Positions 36,506-50,000 of a DNA stretch of 64,000 bases are shown one piece after another. The first letter of the stretch is position 1. Each line of letters begins with the position of its first letter. Source of the DNA: Camelus dromedarius (taxonomy: Eukaryota); assembly GCF_036321535.1 (NCBI RefSeq), contig NC_087436.1, positions 93,436,001-93,500,000 on the forward strand, given 5' to 3'. The translations under genes and the position numbers were made by a program. The notes below the pieces were generated by a model, which saw nothing but the letters and a program-made list of their open reading frames with translations, was not told where the DNA came from and searched no databases.

Positions 36506-36974
36506 TTTTTTTCAATCATATTTTTATTCACAGAAAAGCAATAACATTTATCAAAGTATGTAGATAGCTCTGCTTTGAAAATCACTATAAATGTAAGGAG
36601 AAACAGGTATACCTCCTGTTTCACTTAGTGTTTTCTCTTCTTTTCTTAAGCAAAATGTTCCCTAAGAAAATTAAAAGGCATGACGCAAATTTTTTTCTAG
36701 TGTATATCTAATTTAGCTCTTTTCTTACAATAAATAACATGTATATGATGATATGGCCCCCTATCTCCTCAGAACTATTACCTGATTCAATAATACAAAA
36801 TTTGACATCATTTCAATGGAACCTAAATGTTTTTCTCTCAGTCATAACTTTCTAGACAGGGTAAGAATCTAGAATGAAAAGGTAAAAACTGCTAGAATAT
36901 TTAGAATATTTGCCTGCTCCAACTCTCCTGTTTTGGGAGTGCAGCCTATTCCTTCATTTCTTGGGATTTTTCCC
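36506..36974 (-). pseudogene. Putative orphan retro-insert (3' UTR-like fragment with AATAAA and a short poly(A))
   Basis: T7 at 36506-36512, TTTATT at 36523-36528, and direct repeats caagacta at 36498-36505 and 36975-36982. It interrupts an old L1. Confidence 0.5.
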
Positions 36975-39000
36975 CAAGACTACTACTAGCGCACAATGAA
37001 AGAAAACATATTGGAATTTATCATGTTTACCAATGCTGTGACTTTGATTTTTCCCCCCTTTTTATTGAAATATAGCTGACATACAATATTATGTTAGCTT
37101 TAGGTATCTGTAACTTTGCCTTTTAACTTTCATAATCTAAATAACAATAATTTCTTGCAAAGTCACTGTCTTGGAAACCATATTCATGAGAAATCATAAC
37201 TCATTTCATTAAAATAAAAACCGAAAATTCATCCTCAAAGAAAACTCTTCTAAGAATAGCATTTCAGAGATTCAAAGAAATTAGAGGTGGAAAAACCAAT
37301 TAGAGCTAATCTACCAGCTTGTCAGAAAGGATTCCTTTCTACAAAATATATTCTAGTTCTTTGTCCAGGTTAATATTTAATGTCTCAAGGGATGGTGCAT
37401 TTATTATATCCCTTTGAAGTCTTTCCTTTTATTTAATTGACTTTACCAAGAATCTTTTTTTTTTCTGATATCTAACCTCCATGTTCATTATTAATTCTGT
37501 GCTATTGCTTTTAATCACACTTCTTTTTCCTATACTGATGCCTCTTCTTCTCCCAAATTCTACTTTTTCACTCATATATTTGTAAGGGGCTAGGCTTCAT
37601 TTAGCTGAATGACATAAGTTTATTTATAATAATAATCTCTTAAATCAAAGAGCTCTTTAGATCTTTTTCTCCATTTTCCCTTTCTGTCCGTCTGTCTCTC
37701 TCTCTGCCACTCTCCCCTGCCTCATTCCCTTCCTTTCTCTCTTTCTTCCTTCCTTCCTTTACTTACTTTATTTCTGTGGACCTTGCAATGAGGTGCTTAA
37801 AAGTGGAAGTTACTTGGCAGGAACAAGTAGAGAAAGGAGATGATTCATTCTTTGCTTGACAAGGAGACGATCAATTCCTTTGCCAATTAGCAATATAGTT
37901 CTTGTCTCTCTGGTATGAGTGAAGCATTTTTCTCTTGTTAATGATTTCTGTTTCTTTTATAACCTCTTTGGTCTTTCAACATTCTTTATTTCAGACTTCC
38001 CCTTTCTATTTAATTATGTTTATATGAATTTAAAATTGGATGGTATTTTTGTTGTACGCTTTGAACATGAAAGTGATGGTCTTCCTCCATTTACAATATT
38101 TAAATTCTTGCCCTTATCTGTGCAGATAATTAAGGGAGACATCAGGTACACTGGTACTCAGGACTCAAATTTCTACTCTCTGAAGATAAGCAAAACAAGG
38201 ATTTTAAAGAGGTGAGAGGATATCATACAACTAGGGAGGAAGACTGCCCTGACCATAAGAACATAAATTTTTTGTAGCCAGAGCCAGTTCAATAAAATGT
38301 CAGTGTCTGCAGTAACAACTCTTGGTAACCTGGGGGAAATGCAGAGACAAAGAATGTGATGAACTTTATTGTATGCTTTCGTGCTTGTAAATTGCGTTTC
38401 TATGAATCCCTGAAAAGAATCCATGCATTATCATTGTTTAAGAACCAAGGAATAAGTATTTATAAAATTTACTAAAAATTTTTAATAGTTAAAATTTATA
38501 GAGAAATTTAATTAGCTTTCTCTTCTTACTAGGAAGCTGTCAGGGTTTAAAAAAAAAAAACATGGTGGAATTCCCTAGAAAAAGGATCTTTCACAGAGTC
38601 ATAACATCTCATTAGGTAAGAACCTAAGCTCTGAATCGAGACTGCCTTGCTCAAATTCTGCCTCTGTCTTTTAATAGCTGTGTGACCTTGGAAAAGTAAC
38701 TCAACTCCTCTGTGCCTGTTTCCTGTTTTAAAATGGTGATACAGCCCAAGGAAAAATTGAGTTATATGTTGAGAATAAATTGAGTTAAAATTGTAAAGTG
38801 CTTAGTACAGTACATTAATAAAAACGAATTTTCCCTTTCTCTTTGTTCATTCATTAAACAGATATTATCAAGTGTCTTTTGTGTGATAAAGCTGAAAATA
38901 GGGGTTCACAATATAGCATTAAAGAATGATACATTTAACTGCACATATGGGGGGCTACAAAAACATATACTCTGAAATCAAAAAGTGAGCAATTAATTGT

Positions 39001-39608
39001 TGTTACCGAACCAAACTTGGGGCTGCTCACCCACTAAACAAAAAGCCAGTTTACTGACTTTGGATTGTGGTGAAGGAAAGCATAGTGTTTATTTGCAGGG
39101 CACCAAGCAAGGAGTAGCCGTGGCTTATGCTTTAAGACCTGAACTCCACGATGCCTTTCAGGTTGGGGTTTTTAAAGGCAATGTTTGAGGTGAGGGCTGC
39201 AGGGTGCATTGGTTGATGAGGTAACAGGGTGAGGTTCTAGGAATCTTAATCGTGAACCTTCTGGTTCCAACCATTCTGGGGTCTACATGCTTGTGGACAG
39301 CATCCTCCACCTGGGTGGGGATGTGTCTTAGTTCCTGCAGAACAACTTAAAGATTGTCAGATTGTAATGTGTATCCCTTGAGGAGGAACTAGGTTGTCAT
39401 TGCTAAATTATTGTCATTACTTTTCTTGTTTTAACTGCTTTTCCTTTGTTTCTGCATTCCTTCACTTCCCTAATCAGTAACTGCTTCTTCCTGCTCTTTG
39501 GAACAAGGAAGGCCTAGGAGACTAAAGACTTTTTCTACAAGCAAGAAATGGGGGATACAGAGGGGCTTTTGTATCTAAGAGGGCCCCACTGGGTCCTGCT
39601 TGGTTTCA
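39001..39608 (-). mobile_element. ERV1-class solo LTR (about 608 bp)
   Basis: The minus strand starts TGAAACCAAGCAGGACCC and ends GGTTCGGTAACA, with AATAAA about 90 nt before the 3' end. Confidence 0.75.
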
Positions 39609-39875
39609 TAGCCTGTGCAGTAGATTCAAGAAGCAATTTTGGCCTTTGAAGAGTGACTATGATTTTGAAAAGTGGACAAGGTGAAGGAGGTTGGAGTGGG
39701 TCAACATGTGAAGCAGGGAGTATATTCCAGGCAAAGTGAACAGCATAAGCAAAGGCACAAAAATACGGAAGTACATATTTGCCAGTGAGTGATCAAGTAT
39801 GAGTAAAGCATCACAGGGTGGAAGAGTCGGGGAGGGGTAAAGACCCTCTTTCCATTTTTGGTGAATTCCTCTATT

Positions 39876-40287
39876 GTATGAGTTTGGCTTGTGGGAGAGC
39901 CCCACTTCCCAACAGGGAATCTGAAGGGAGGCAAACATTCCGTCTCTTTGCCTTCTAGTTGCTGAGGGATGGGCATGTGACCTTGGGTAGTTCCACCTGT
40001 GAACTTGAATAGGGAGAATGTGATGCTAAGTTGCAAAGGTCCAGGAATAGTGGCCACAGCAAGCGGCCCAGTGGAGTGAGGCCAATGGCAACACAGTGTG
40101 CCATAGTCTGGTCTGTGTTGTTTGCTGCCAGTCTTCTATAGATCTGGATCCTTTTCTGAACCAAGTCTCCATCTATATGTTGATGCAGTGGGTTACTTGA
40201 CAACCCTCCTGTAATATCTTTCTGGATAAATTAACTAGAGAGGGAGGGTTCGCTTTGTTTGCAACCAAGAAGTGTCTCAAACAATAC
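39876..40287 (+). mobile_element. LTR16/MLT-like solo LTR
   Basis: tgtatgag... gggcatgtgaccttgg ... tttgcaaccaagaag...aataca. Confidence 0.55.
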
Positions 40288-40779
40288 AGAATTTCATCTT
40301 TTTCATTTGTTATCATTGTTTCCTAAATTTTGTTCAATGATTATCAATTACTTCTGTAATAAAACCTTTTTTAACTTAATGTAAAGTTAAATATAAATGT
40401 GAACTGTAAAATTTTTTCAATTATAATGTAAAAAAAGCCACATAGAGACAAAAAGATAAAATAGATAAATACTAACCATAACAGTAATAATTTTAAGGCA
40501 CTATATGTTGAATGCTTACCTCTGAGACAGGCAAATTATTATGAGCTTTATGTGCATTATCTCAGTATATACTGTCAACAGTACAAAGTTGTACATGCTA
40601 TGATTATCAGCTTTTTCAGATGAGGAAAGTGAGGTTGGGAGAGGGTAAGTCACTTTCCCAAAACCACCAGTGGGATTGTGGTGCAACCAGTATTTAAACC
40701 CAGGTAGCCCAAATACAGCATCTACACTCTTTAATCTGTGGCATCACGGATGAGCTAGTCACCACATTTTCCTAGGGGA

Positions 40780-41450
40780 GTTGACTAAGCTTTTATAGAG
40801 GATGTAATAAGAAAGAATACAAAGGATTTTGCCAGGTAAAGAAGACATGAAAGGGTCAGTTCAGCCTGAGAAGGGTGTGTGCAAGGGCAGAGACAAGAAA
40901 GGACATTACCTGTTCCAGGAATGCTTCAGGAAGCATTGGTTTTTGGTGCAGGGGGTGTAGTGGTGGGGGTGTGGAGGTGGGGGGAGGGGTAGCCGAAAAG
41001 GAGATTGGTGGTAGAGTCCAAATGTAGGTTTGAAATGGAACGGGTGTTGGGGGTGGTTCTGTGAGTCCTTAGGTTTAGTAGTTTTTATTATCCTTAAGCA
41101 ACTGGAAGTCATCAATGCTTTTAATGAGAGGAGTGACATCATCGGCATCTTTTTTTAGAAGGATCACTGGCAGAAGGAAGGAAGTGCTTGCACTTTGAGT
41201 GATGAGTGTCACTGAGGTCAGTTAGCAGGATACTGAAATAGTGCATGAGAAGCCAGTGAGGACAGTGGGAGTGGAACAGAGGGGAGGGCCCAGATTTGAG
41301 AAACATCCCCAAGATGGAAGCTACAGAGCTTGATGACTAATTTGATGAGGGTGTTTGAAGAGGAAGGAAGAAATGCAGATAACTGAGATTTCTAGTTTGG
41401 CAACCTGAGTAATTGGTGATGTCAATAACTGAAATAGGAATAGAAGGAAG
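40780..41450 (-). mobile_element. L2 fragment
   Basis: ttttagaaggatcactgg...agatttgagaaacat...gatttctagtttggcaacctgagtaattggtg. Confidence 0.65.
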
Positions 41451-41814
41451 GAAAGCTCTGTGAGGCTTACCAGATGATTTACATGTGTTATTTCACTTAA
41501 CCCTAAACAAACTGATGATAAAAAGATTAAGATGTTCATTTTCTAGATAAGAAAATCAAGGTTCAGTGAAGTTGAGTAACTTGCCCAAGGTCACAGAAAT
41601 GGTAAATAAAAGAGCTGGGATTGAGATAAGATCTTACTGCAAAGCCCGTATCTTTCCATGATAGTATTCAACATAATAGTTTTAATTTGGAAAAATAAGA
41701 CTCAAGCTCAGGGAAAAACTAGACAGAGCTAGAAACATGGTTCCTCTCAGAGGAGGAATGGTGAAGTATGAGGAGAGATTAAAGTCTTGACACTGTTGGG
41801 ATAAAGGATGAGAG

Positions 41815-42020
41815 CAGCACTGTCCAATAACATTTTCTGTAGTGTTGGAAGTATTTTATACTTGCACTGTCCAGGACTGCAGCCATTAGCCCATGTAGCT
41901 GTTGAACACTTGGGGCTAATGTGACTGAGGAACTGAAATTTTAATTCTAGTTTTAATTAATATAAATTAAATAACCATATGTGGCTAGTGCCATGTTGGA
42001 TACCATATTGGATAGTTTAG
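41815..42020. mobile_element. MER3/MER33-like hAT DNA transposon
   Basis: cagcactgtccaata...gtgactgaggaactgaaattttaatt...tgtggctagtg...ccatattggatag. Confidence 0.75.
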
Positions 42021-42319
42021 GACTAGAGGAACCAGCTAGACATGGAGACAGTCCATCAGAGGGGAGGCCTTGTTGGCACCCCCCATCCCCAAGTCACTAG
42101 GTATTTGATTATCTGCCTTATATCTGTGGGTAAGATTGGTCTAAGTTTGGGGACTATAATTCATTACTTAGGAACAAGTTCTTTCCTACTGTAGACAACA
42201 AAGTAATCTTATGAGGTCCTATCTTTGGAAGGAGAGTAAGTACAATACCTTTTTTATGTGAGACAAAAATCGCAATCCTTTTCTCTGTATTTACATTTTT
42301 CTGTATAAAATGTTATTTA

Positions 42320-42550
42320 AGAGTTCAAGCTCCAGGCAAACACCATGGTTCAAATCCCAGTTCTGCCACTGAATGGGTTTGTGGTGCCTTGAGTTAGTGA
42401 CTCCACATTCTCAAACTTCACTTCTATTACCTAATAACATAGGGATAACAATAGTACCTAACTCATACGGTAATTGTGAGATTAAGTTAAATAACCTATG
42501 TAAAACCCTTAGCCAGTGTCTGGCACAGGCTGAGCACTCAATAAAGGTTA
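42320..42550 (+). mobile_element. MIR
   Basis: ggttcaaatcccagttctgccact...gggataacaatagtaccta...agtgtctggcacag...cactcaataaa. Confidence 0.8.
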
Positions 42551-43889
42551 GCTAGTCTGTAACTAGTACCTGATTGTGATGAATTTGTACTTTACACCTC
42601 GGCATTTTGACATTCATTTGACTCTATTTTTGTTTAAGTAAAGGTATTATCCAGATCTCTAAATGTCAGAACATTCCAAAAGAGAAATACACATTCATCA
42701 AGATAAAAAAGTAGATAGGGTTCTGAAAAGTTCTTATTGTAGGTATGAGTTTTGCAGTTATTTTTGTATCTCACTTTGATTTCCATTTTGTTAAAGTATT
42801 TTTAACCAGTACAGTGGCAGATCATAATCCTAGCATTTTGTTGTGATCATTAAAATTCCCTTGGTTTAACCTCGAACAGTTCATACACCACATGATCAAG
42901 CGAAAACACTAGACGCTCTAAATGTTGACTTAAAAGATTTCTTCATGTCTGGAATTTCTGAAGAATTCCATTCCACTGTAATTGAAATATTTAATGTCTT
43001 GCCTCTGGTTATCTTAGAAATAGCTGGATAGATTGTATAGTGGTTGGATACATCAAGGACTATTTAAAGACCAATGATTTCAGAAGTAGGCATAAGTAAT
43101 AGGATCTCTTTTTGTTGCCCCCATTTTGTACTTTGTAATCTTTGGACTGAAGAAATAAAAACAGCATTGTAATACAGTCTTCCACTTTGTATAGTGTTTG
43201 TGCAAATAACAAATATATTTTTTCATTAGACTGAGATGTCAAATCCGTATTCAAGGGTCAGTTCTGCTGATTGGTCTGTTAAGTAAGGAAAAGTTACAGA
43301 GAGGTCCTCTGTAACATCTAAGAGTTGATCCAGACTTGATTCTAGAATGATCTAAGTATCCTTTCAACTAAAATTCCTAGAATCTGCCTTTTCTTTCCCT
43401 CTTTGGTCCTAAAGGACTTACAGAGTTAATTTTTGCTTCCATGCTTTTTATAAACATTCTTTTGGAATATTTCATTTCCTTGGAAAACAATTCATGGGTG
43501 AGTCAGCATGGAAAGAAAAAAAATCCACTCACAATAGATATCAAAATTGCATGAGGTGGTGAAACGAGAAATGACTTTCTTTGTAAACTGAAATGAGGTA
43601 TAGAGAAACCAATTACTTATTTATAAAATGAGTGCTTGGTGGAACGCTTTATGTAGCAGAGATAACGTGCTGTTACAAATGAAGCAAGACGGGGGGAGGT
43701 GGGGGGCGCAACACGGGAAGGGGTGGCATCAGGGAGTCTTCCCCACACTGCCTTAAAACGGCTACTACTATAAACGTCCCTTTCCGTAAGGAAGAAAGAA
43801 GCTGTGTCTCGGGAGGAGGACGAAGGAGGAAGCAAGAAAGCAAAGGAAGGTTAAAAGCTCCCCCACCCGAGCCCATCCTTTCTGGAAAT

Positions 43890-44420
43890 ACATAATTAAG
43901 GGAATTTCCTCCTGCAGCCATGGAACATTCGCTGGCCGTTTCCACGTCACTATTAGGGCAGCCAAGGATTTCGCTTTTTCTGGCGGTGACTTCCCGACTC
44001 TTCCTGCGGGTTCCCAGTGGGATGCCGAACGTCGCCCTCCGCCCCGGGCGAAGCCGGGCGGCGAGGAGGCTCGGAAGCCAGGCGGAGGCCGCAGCGGCCG
44101 GGGGAGGGCGCAGAAGCGCTTCCTGCGTGAGCGCGGCCGCCGGGCCCGTTTCCGGAAGGCTGATTGCATCAGGTGTGGAGCCGGGCGCCTCCTCGGCCCA
44201 ACCTGGCGGCCACTGCGCCTGCGCGCGTCGCCCCGCCCCGCCCCGCCAGCCGAGGACTCCACCGCGGGTTTTCCTCCGGGTCCAGAGGAGACCCAGCCGG
44301 GAGGGAAGGGCGCTGTTTACCGCCCCGGGACCCTAAGAGCGGGGGTGGCCAGGCCGGACTTCTGGGGAGACCCGAGGAGCTGTGGGGTCCGAGGGAATAG
44401 AGTACCTGCGGAAAGAGGAC
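43890..44420. promoter_or_regulatory. Upstream CpG island with promoter-type motifs (possible alternative APBB2 or bidirectional promoter)
   Basis: CpG-rich. Contains GGGAATTTCC at 43900-43909, CCACGTCA at about 43942, TTCCGGAA at about 44150, NRF1-like TGCGCCTGCGC at about 44214 and tandem GC boxes at 44230-44247. Confidence 0.75.
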
Positions 44421-45292
44421 CTGCCTGAAAGGCTGGTGGCCGGTCCCGTCCTTCTTGCTGAGGGATGGGGTAGTCTTGAGCTAATTTCCTCGCCTCTGTT
44501 GGCGGTAAGGACATAGGCTAGAACTAGAAGGCTTTTAAATTCAGAGTGCATTTTCCAAAAGTGGATTAAACTGCGGCCTCCGACTGTATGTGGTACACGG
44601 GCTCCATAGGTGGATCTTGGGGTGCAGAGACAGCCCCAAGGATGAGCACTTTCGTGTATTTATAGGGATATCTCAGTGGCAATATTGTTTTTGTGTTGCC
44701 GGAAGGAGCGATATGAAGAGCGATATGACAGTTGGCCTCCAGATGGGTCTGAGGGAAATTGCTCACGGGAGCGGTTTTGGAGTGCAAATGCAGAAACCCC
44801 TCCTTCTATGAGGCATCTTCCCCCAACACTCCTTCCAACCCTACTCGAGTCTGCGTCAGGGTCCCATTGTACACCCTTTTATATACACTTAGTAGATTTC
44901 CCTCCTGGCGCTTTTCATGTTTGAAATGACATTTTTGAGTGATTGTTTAGTGGATGTCTGCTCCACCTCGTTGGACTAAGCTCTGTGAAGGCAGGGGTCT
45001 GGGCTTTTTTATTCACTGTTACCCCTAGGCTAACTATAAGACTTTGTGGGTCCTCAATAAATTTATGATGTTTGAAGGAAAAAAGTAACACCGGCCCCAA
45101 CCTCATAGAGTACTCTCATGAAGAATAGAGACGGGCGAGGTGTGAGTTTGCTGTTTGGAGAAGGAGTGTATTCTGGAGGTTTGGGGAAGAGGATGAGTGA
45201 GGAGGAGCCATTACTTTGCAGTTACTATAAATTTACTTTTAGCATAATCCTCCTGAAGGACATCCTAGGTGTGGCTGTGTGCATATGTAGAA

Positions 45293-45479
45293 CAGTGATT
45301 CTCGAAGGTGTAGTTCCCAGACCAGCATCACCAGCATCACCTGGGAAGTTGGATGTACAGATGCTTGGGCCACACCACAGACCTTCTCGTTCAGAGACTC
45401 TGGGAGTGGGACCCAGGAATCCGTGTTTACAGAAACCCTCTGGACGATTCTGACGCAGGTTCAAGTTCCAAAACCACTG
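45293..45479. mobile_element. MER5A hAT-Charlie DNA transposon
   Basis: cagtgattctc...agcatcacctggga...tcagagactctgggagtgggacccagg...aaccactg. Confidence 0.85.
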
Positions 45480-45899
45480 CATTGGTGAAGAACAACCCTA
45501 AGGATGCTTTGGGGATGTCATTCCCAGGATCTGGGGCAGAGCACTGATTACTACTTACTGAGTATTCTCTTATCAGGACCTTGCTTGTCTGTTTAAATTT
45601 GAGTTACAGTTAAATGTTCCTGGAGGTGAAAAGGAAATGATGCCTTTCCTTTCCTGCAGGTGTGTTTCTCCCTTGAGGTGATCTTGCTGTGATTTTTAAA
45701 TCAAGGAATGGTGTGTGTGTGTGATTTGCCTGGGCTTCTAGATAGGGAGGCAGAAGAAAGGACAACTCGCCTACAAGTTGCAGCTCGGTAGGCGTGGGCA
45801 GTTCTCATCTGAGGACATTTTCCCATTATAAGGGAGTGCAGACGTGTGGGAGAAAAGACTAGCCAGAGATAAGGTTACCCAACTGCCTTTTGGTGCAGA

Positions 45900-47050
45900 C
45901 AGACGCCGGGCCACATGGAGGGGATGCCGGGCTGCATCGCGTTGGGGCTCAGCTCCCTGGCCCGCGTTGCCTCCCTGTCATCTTCTCAGATGAGGGAACC
46001 TTAGTCCGAGAGGCTCCGAAGCCTCTGCCTGCAGGGGTCGCACTAGGAGCGCGGCCCGCCCCCTCCTCCCCTGCTCCCGCCCCCGGCCCCGCCTTTCTCG
46101 GGATCGGCCCCCGCCCGGTCGGGCCCCTCCAGCCTCTACGCGCAGCCGCCGCCAAAGCCTGGAGAAGTGGAATCTCGCCGGCGCCGCTCCCTGCGCGGGA
46201 CTCGCGGAGCGGCACTGGGCATGCTCAGTCTCCGGAGCCCGTCCAGGTCTCAAGTAGGAAGCTCGTGCGCTGCACCCGCAGCTGATTCTGGCGCTCCTGG
46301 CTGGGCGAGACTGGAGCAGAGCTGACGGGCGCCGGAGCCGAGGCGGACGCCGCGCGCACCGCCGGTGAGCCCTGCTTTCTCCCTTGCTTTTGCCCTGGAC
46401 CCCGGGGCTGCCCGGGAGTGCTGGTGAGAGACCCGGGCTGCGGCATCGGCATCGGCGAGTGGCTGCGCGTAGCACTGGCGGCTGCTCCTCTCCTCCCGGC
46501 CCCGAGGGCTGCGCGGCCACTGCCGCCCGCCCAGCCGCAGCCACAGCTGCAGCAGCTGCCACCGCATCTGCAGCGGGCATCCGCTGCGGAGTCCCGTGCG
46601 CCCCGCGCCCGCGCCGCAGGGCCGGTGGCACGGCGACTGCGGGCTCACTCCTTGACTCCATCCCTCCGGCTTCTCGGCGCCGTCTTTTCCTCGGCAGCCG
46701 GGGGTCGACAGGGCCTGGGGCTGGGGAGACAGGGTTGGAGGGGGTGCGCCGGGATAGGGGCTGCGGAAGGGAAAAGTGAGGGTGGGCGCCGCGGGGAAGA
46801 GCGCACACCCCCTTGCCCTGGCACCGGCCTCCGCTGTGCGGCTGGGGCGGTAGCGCGCTCTTGTCGGGGAGTTGAAGACCCGGCTGGCTTCTCGGGGGTT
46901 CAGAGCCTAGACGCCGCGAGATCAAACGGGGAAAAGTTCATTTCTCCCTCGGAGGCGGGGAGCGTTTTAACTAGAAAATGGCTGTGCGAAGGGGACCGAA
47001 TCAGGGAAGCTGGTCTTGAAAGCCACTCTGCTGCCCGCCGGGCGGAATGG
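45900..47050. promoter_or_regulatory. APBB2: CpG island, probable APBB2 major promoter
   Basis: Very CpG-rich with GC boxes at 46055-46115 and a near-palindrome actgggcatgctcagt at 46214-46229. The gene assignment rests on the known head-to-head UCHL1-APBB2 arrangement. Confidence 0.8.
46227..46364 (+). other. APBB2: Probable non-coding first exon of APBB2 (start approximate)
   Basis: Lies downstream of the GC boxes and ends at donor gccg|gtgagc (GT at 46365). No coding exon is seen further downstream, consistent with a long first intron. Identity is from synteny. Confidence 0.7.
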
Positions 47051-50000
47051 AGGGTTGAACGCTAGAAATGACATTTGTGCTAGGAAAACATTGCTGGACG
47101 GGGATAGGGAAGCGGGGTCCCATAGGAACAATGAAAGGTGATCTTGACGTAGGCGAAGGGATCTAGAACTGAGGGATCAGGGGCGAAAGGCCGAAAGAGC
47201 GTGGGGCTTGAATTAAAAAATTAATGAGAAATTGGAGAAATCAGATTTCGAGTTGTGGTCGTTTTGTAGTCAAGCTCTGCTCAGTTTAAGCCACGACTGT
47301 CACAGACTGTAGTGGATGGACTGAGTGGTTGGGGAGGGCCAGCATTAAGGTCAGTGTCCGAAGCTCAGACAAGACTGGACCCAGTTTTAAGAAGTCCCTC
47401 AGTCACCCGCTTTATGTTGCGCCTGATGACTTAGGTAAAATATTTAAAGGGTTGTCATAAAATGCTGCCAGCAGTGGTGTTTGAATTCCAAGAAATGAGG
47501 AAACTTTGTGAGGTTGGCCTTGGTTTGACATTTGTTTTAACATTTCACTGATTTAAAAAGCAAACAGTGGCTTTCCTGATCCATTGTTCTGGTTTTTGTC
47601 CCTTAAGTCTTTGACTACCCCCCCACCATGGTTTTAAAATCTTGTCCTCAAATGGCTATGACAATTAAGAATATCTGAATTCGTGTAGCAGACCTTTCAG
47701 GAAGGGGGATTTCTTTATGAACTTAGGTAGCCGCTTTGTTGTGTTTTTAGTTTGCTTGAAAGCAGTATTTACTCAGCAGTTGTTTATTGTAACTTGCAGA
47801 GTCCTGGAAATGGCACTGTTTTGAAAACAAGGCATTGGTGGAGAGGATGGGGAACCTCCACGCTGGGGGATATGCTGAGAACACAGGTGGCGGTAGAATA
47901 CAATGGGCTTGTAGTTGGAACTCCAGGGAGAAAACAGATGCAAAATTTCTGTAGCTGTCCCTTGGTCGTGAACTTATTGGATGACCCCGAAAAATCATTC
48001 AGGGTCTTTATAAGCTGGGTTTGGTCTAGATGCTTGCTCAGAACTTTTGAGAAAGGACTCTAAAGTTGAGATCCTTTTCCAGGGAAGGTGTTTTTAACAT
48101 ACTTTCATTCTCTCTTCAAAAGGATACTTTTAATTAATAATTCACCTGCAAGGAGTCAGCACAGTCCCACTTTCTAAAACTTTTATAAAGTGGTAGTAGA
48201 AAACTCAGTGCGCTGAAGTGTAAAATACTGGCGTTTTATAGATAACTGGAGTAACCAGAATACTGACTGAAAAATTATTTAGGGAAAGACTACTAAATGG
48301 TGTAAGAATCCACATGTACAAAGACAGAATACTGTAAGCTGTTAACTCTTTTTTATGTCATGTTTCAACTTTTTAATGACTATTTTCTTTCCCTGCCAAC
48401 AGAGAAACAAACATTGAATTCCACCCCCTTTTTCTTTTTTATTAATCATGAATCAATCAGGAATTAATACTTGAAAGGCTTACCATTATACTAAAACAGT
48501 GTTACGCTGATTACCCTGATTTCACAGTATCTAAATTTATCTTTTAAGAGAAATGGAATGTTGTGTTTCTATACCTTCTTCAGTTATGCTATTAAAATAG
48601 CCAATACCCTGCTGATATAACACCTGAAGTTTTCCAGGGGCATAGGACAGACTTTTAGGAGAGTATTGTAAGAAAGTATTACTAGTTATGGAGGTGATAC
48701 TTATTTTTTTGTTCCATGTTAAGGAAACTAGCGTTTGTTCAATACTTACTGTGTGTCAAGTCTGATACTCAGCTTCTTACATATATTATCTTATGTGTCC
48801 GTATCTTTGACATAAATTTCAGCTTCCCAAGAAAAATCCCTCTGAGGAGGGGGGCAGTCCTCTGCTTGCACAGCAATAGAACTTGAAAGTTTCATCTCAT
48901 ATGAGACTAACTTCAACTGGTTTCATTATTATTCAGTAAACATTCGCTTCTAAAACATATTTGGTTTGTTATTTAGAATTAGATTTGATTGGAACAGCAT
49001 GTCTCAAATGATTTGAATGTTTTTTAGAAGCTTCTGTGCAGACTTAAAAAACTGTTTTATGTTCATTTGTCTTCAGCAGTGTTGTACTACCAACAAATAA
49101 ACTTAAGGAAGTTAAGCCCAGATTACCCATTTTAATTGTACGTATTAGTGCATATTCTGCGTGTTGACATGTGTTGATGGTGTTTCTTTTGGTTGAAATG
49201 TTTTGTCACAGGCAGAGGGACAGACTCTCCACTTTAGATAAAGAGTCAGGTGGGATTTGGTGGAAAGATCTCCAGCCAGGGACTCCCAAGACTTATTTCT
49301 GGGCCAGGGGTCATCTGCTACTTAAATTTACTCTGTAGCCTTGAGAAAGTCAGTCCACCTCTTTGGGTCTCAGTTTTCCCATCTGTAAAATGAAGGAGTT
49401 GCAGTAGAATGCACCCTCTGGGCTTCTGTTGGGCCTTCTTGTCTCAGTAAAAGGATCTGTGATGCAGCCATTTGAAAAGATGGGACTAAGTCTGGCCTGT
49501 CGTGCTTTGTGGAATACCTTTCCTTTTTGGCCAGTTCCTACATCCCTTTTAGTTTTTAATTTGTCAAAGAATGGTTGGCATAAAATTAACTCTGTGATGC
49601 TGCCAAGTTTAGGTAGGAGATAAGTTAATGCTTGATTTGGGTAAAGCTGTTTAGATACTTGAAACAGTTTTATAGCATCTTCTGAGGGGAGATTCTGCTC
49701 TTGGGCATTTAGATCATCTGAGAAAGAAGCTTCCTCTGGGGCTGCAGAGGAGTGTCCTGTGCCTTGGTTGCTAGGGCCCACCCACGTAAAATTTTGGCAA
49801 GCTTTTCCCCATGTCCGTGTGCTGTCTCTTCAGCTCTTGACCAGAAATGCAGCCCTTGGCCTCTGGAATAAAATTAACATTATTTCATGTTAGTGTCATT
49901 ACTCTTTTGAGCAGGTGCCCATGGTTGGCTGCTGCTATAGCAGGAGTGATAGCTGTTGGAATGCACCTACGTGAACTTTTTTGGGGGTGCTGGGGCAAGC

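Noticed and set aside
43673..44336. ORFs of 90-164 aa in the upstream island
   Set aside because: No recognisable homology, and the GC-rich context explains them.
45890..47065. 315-aa and 215-aa ORFs in the APBB2 island
   Set aside because: CpG-island artefacts on both strands with no recognisable domain.
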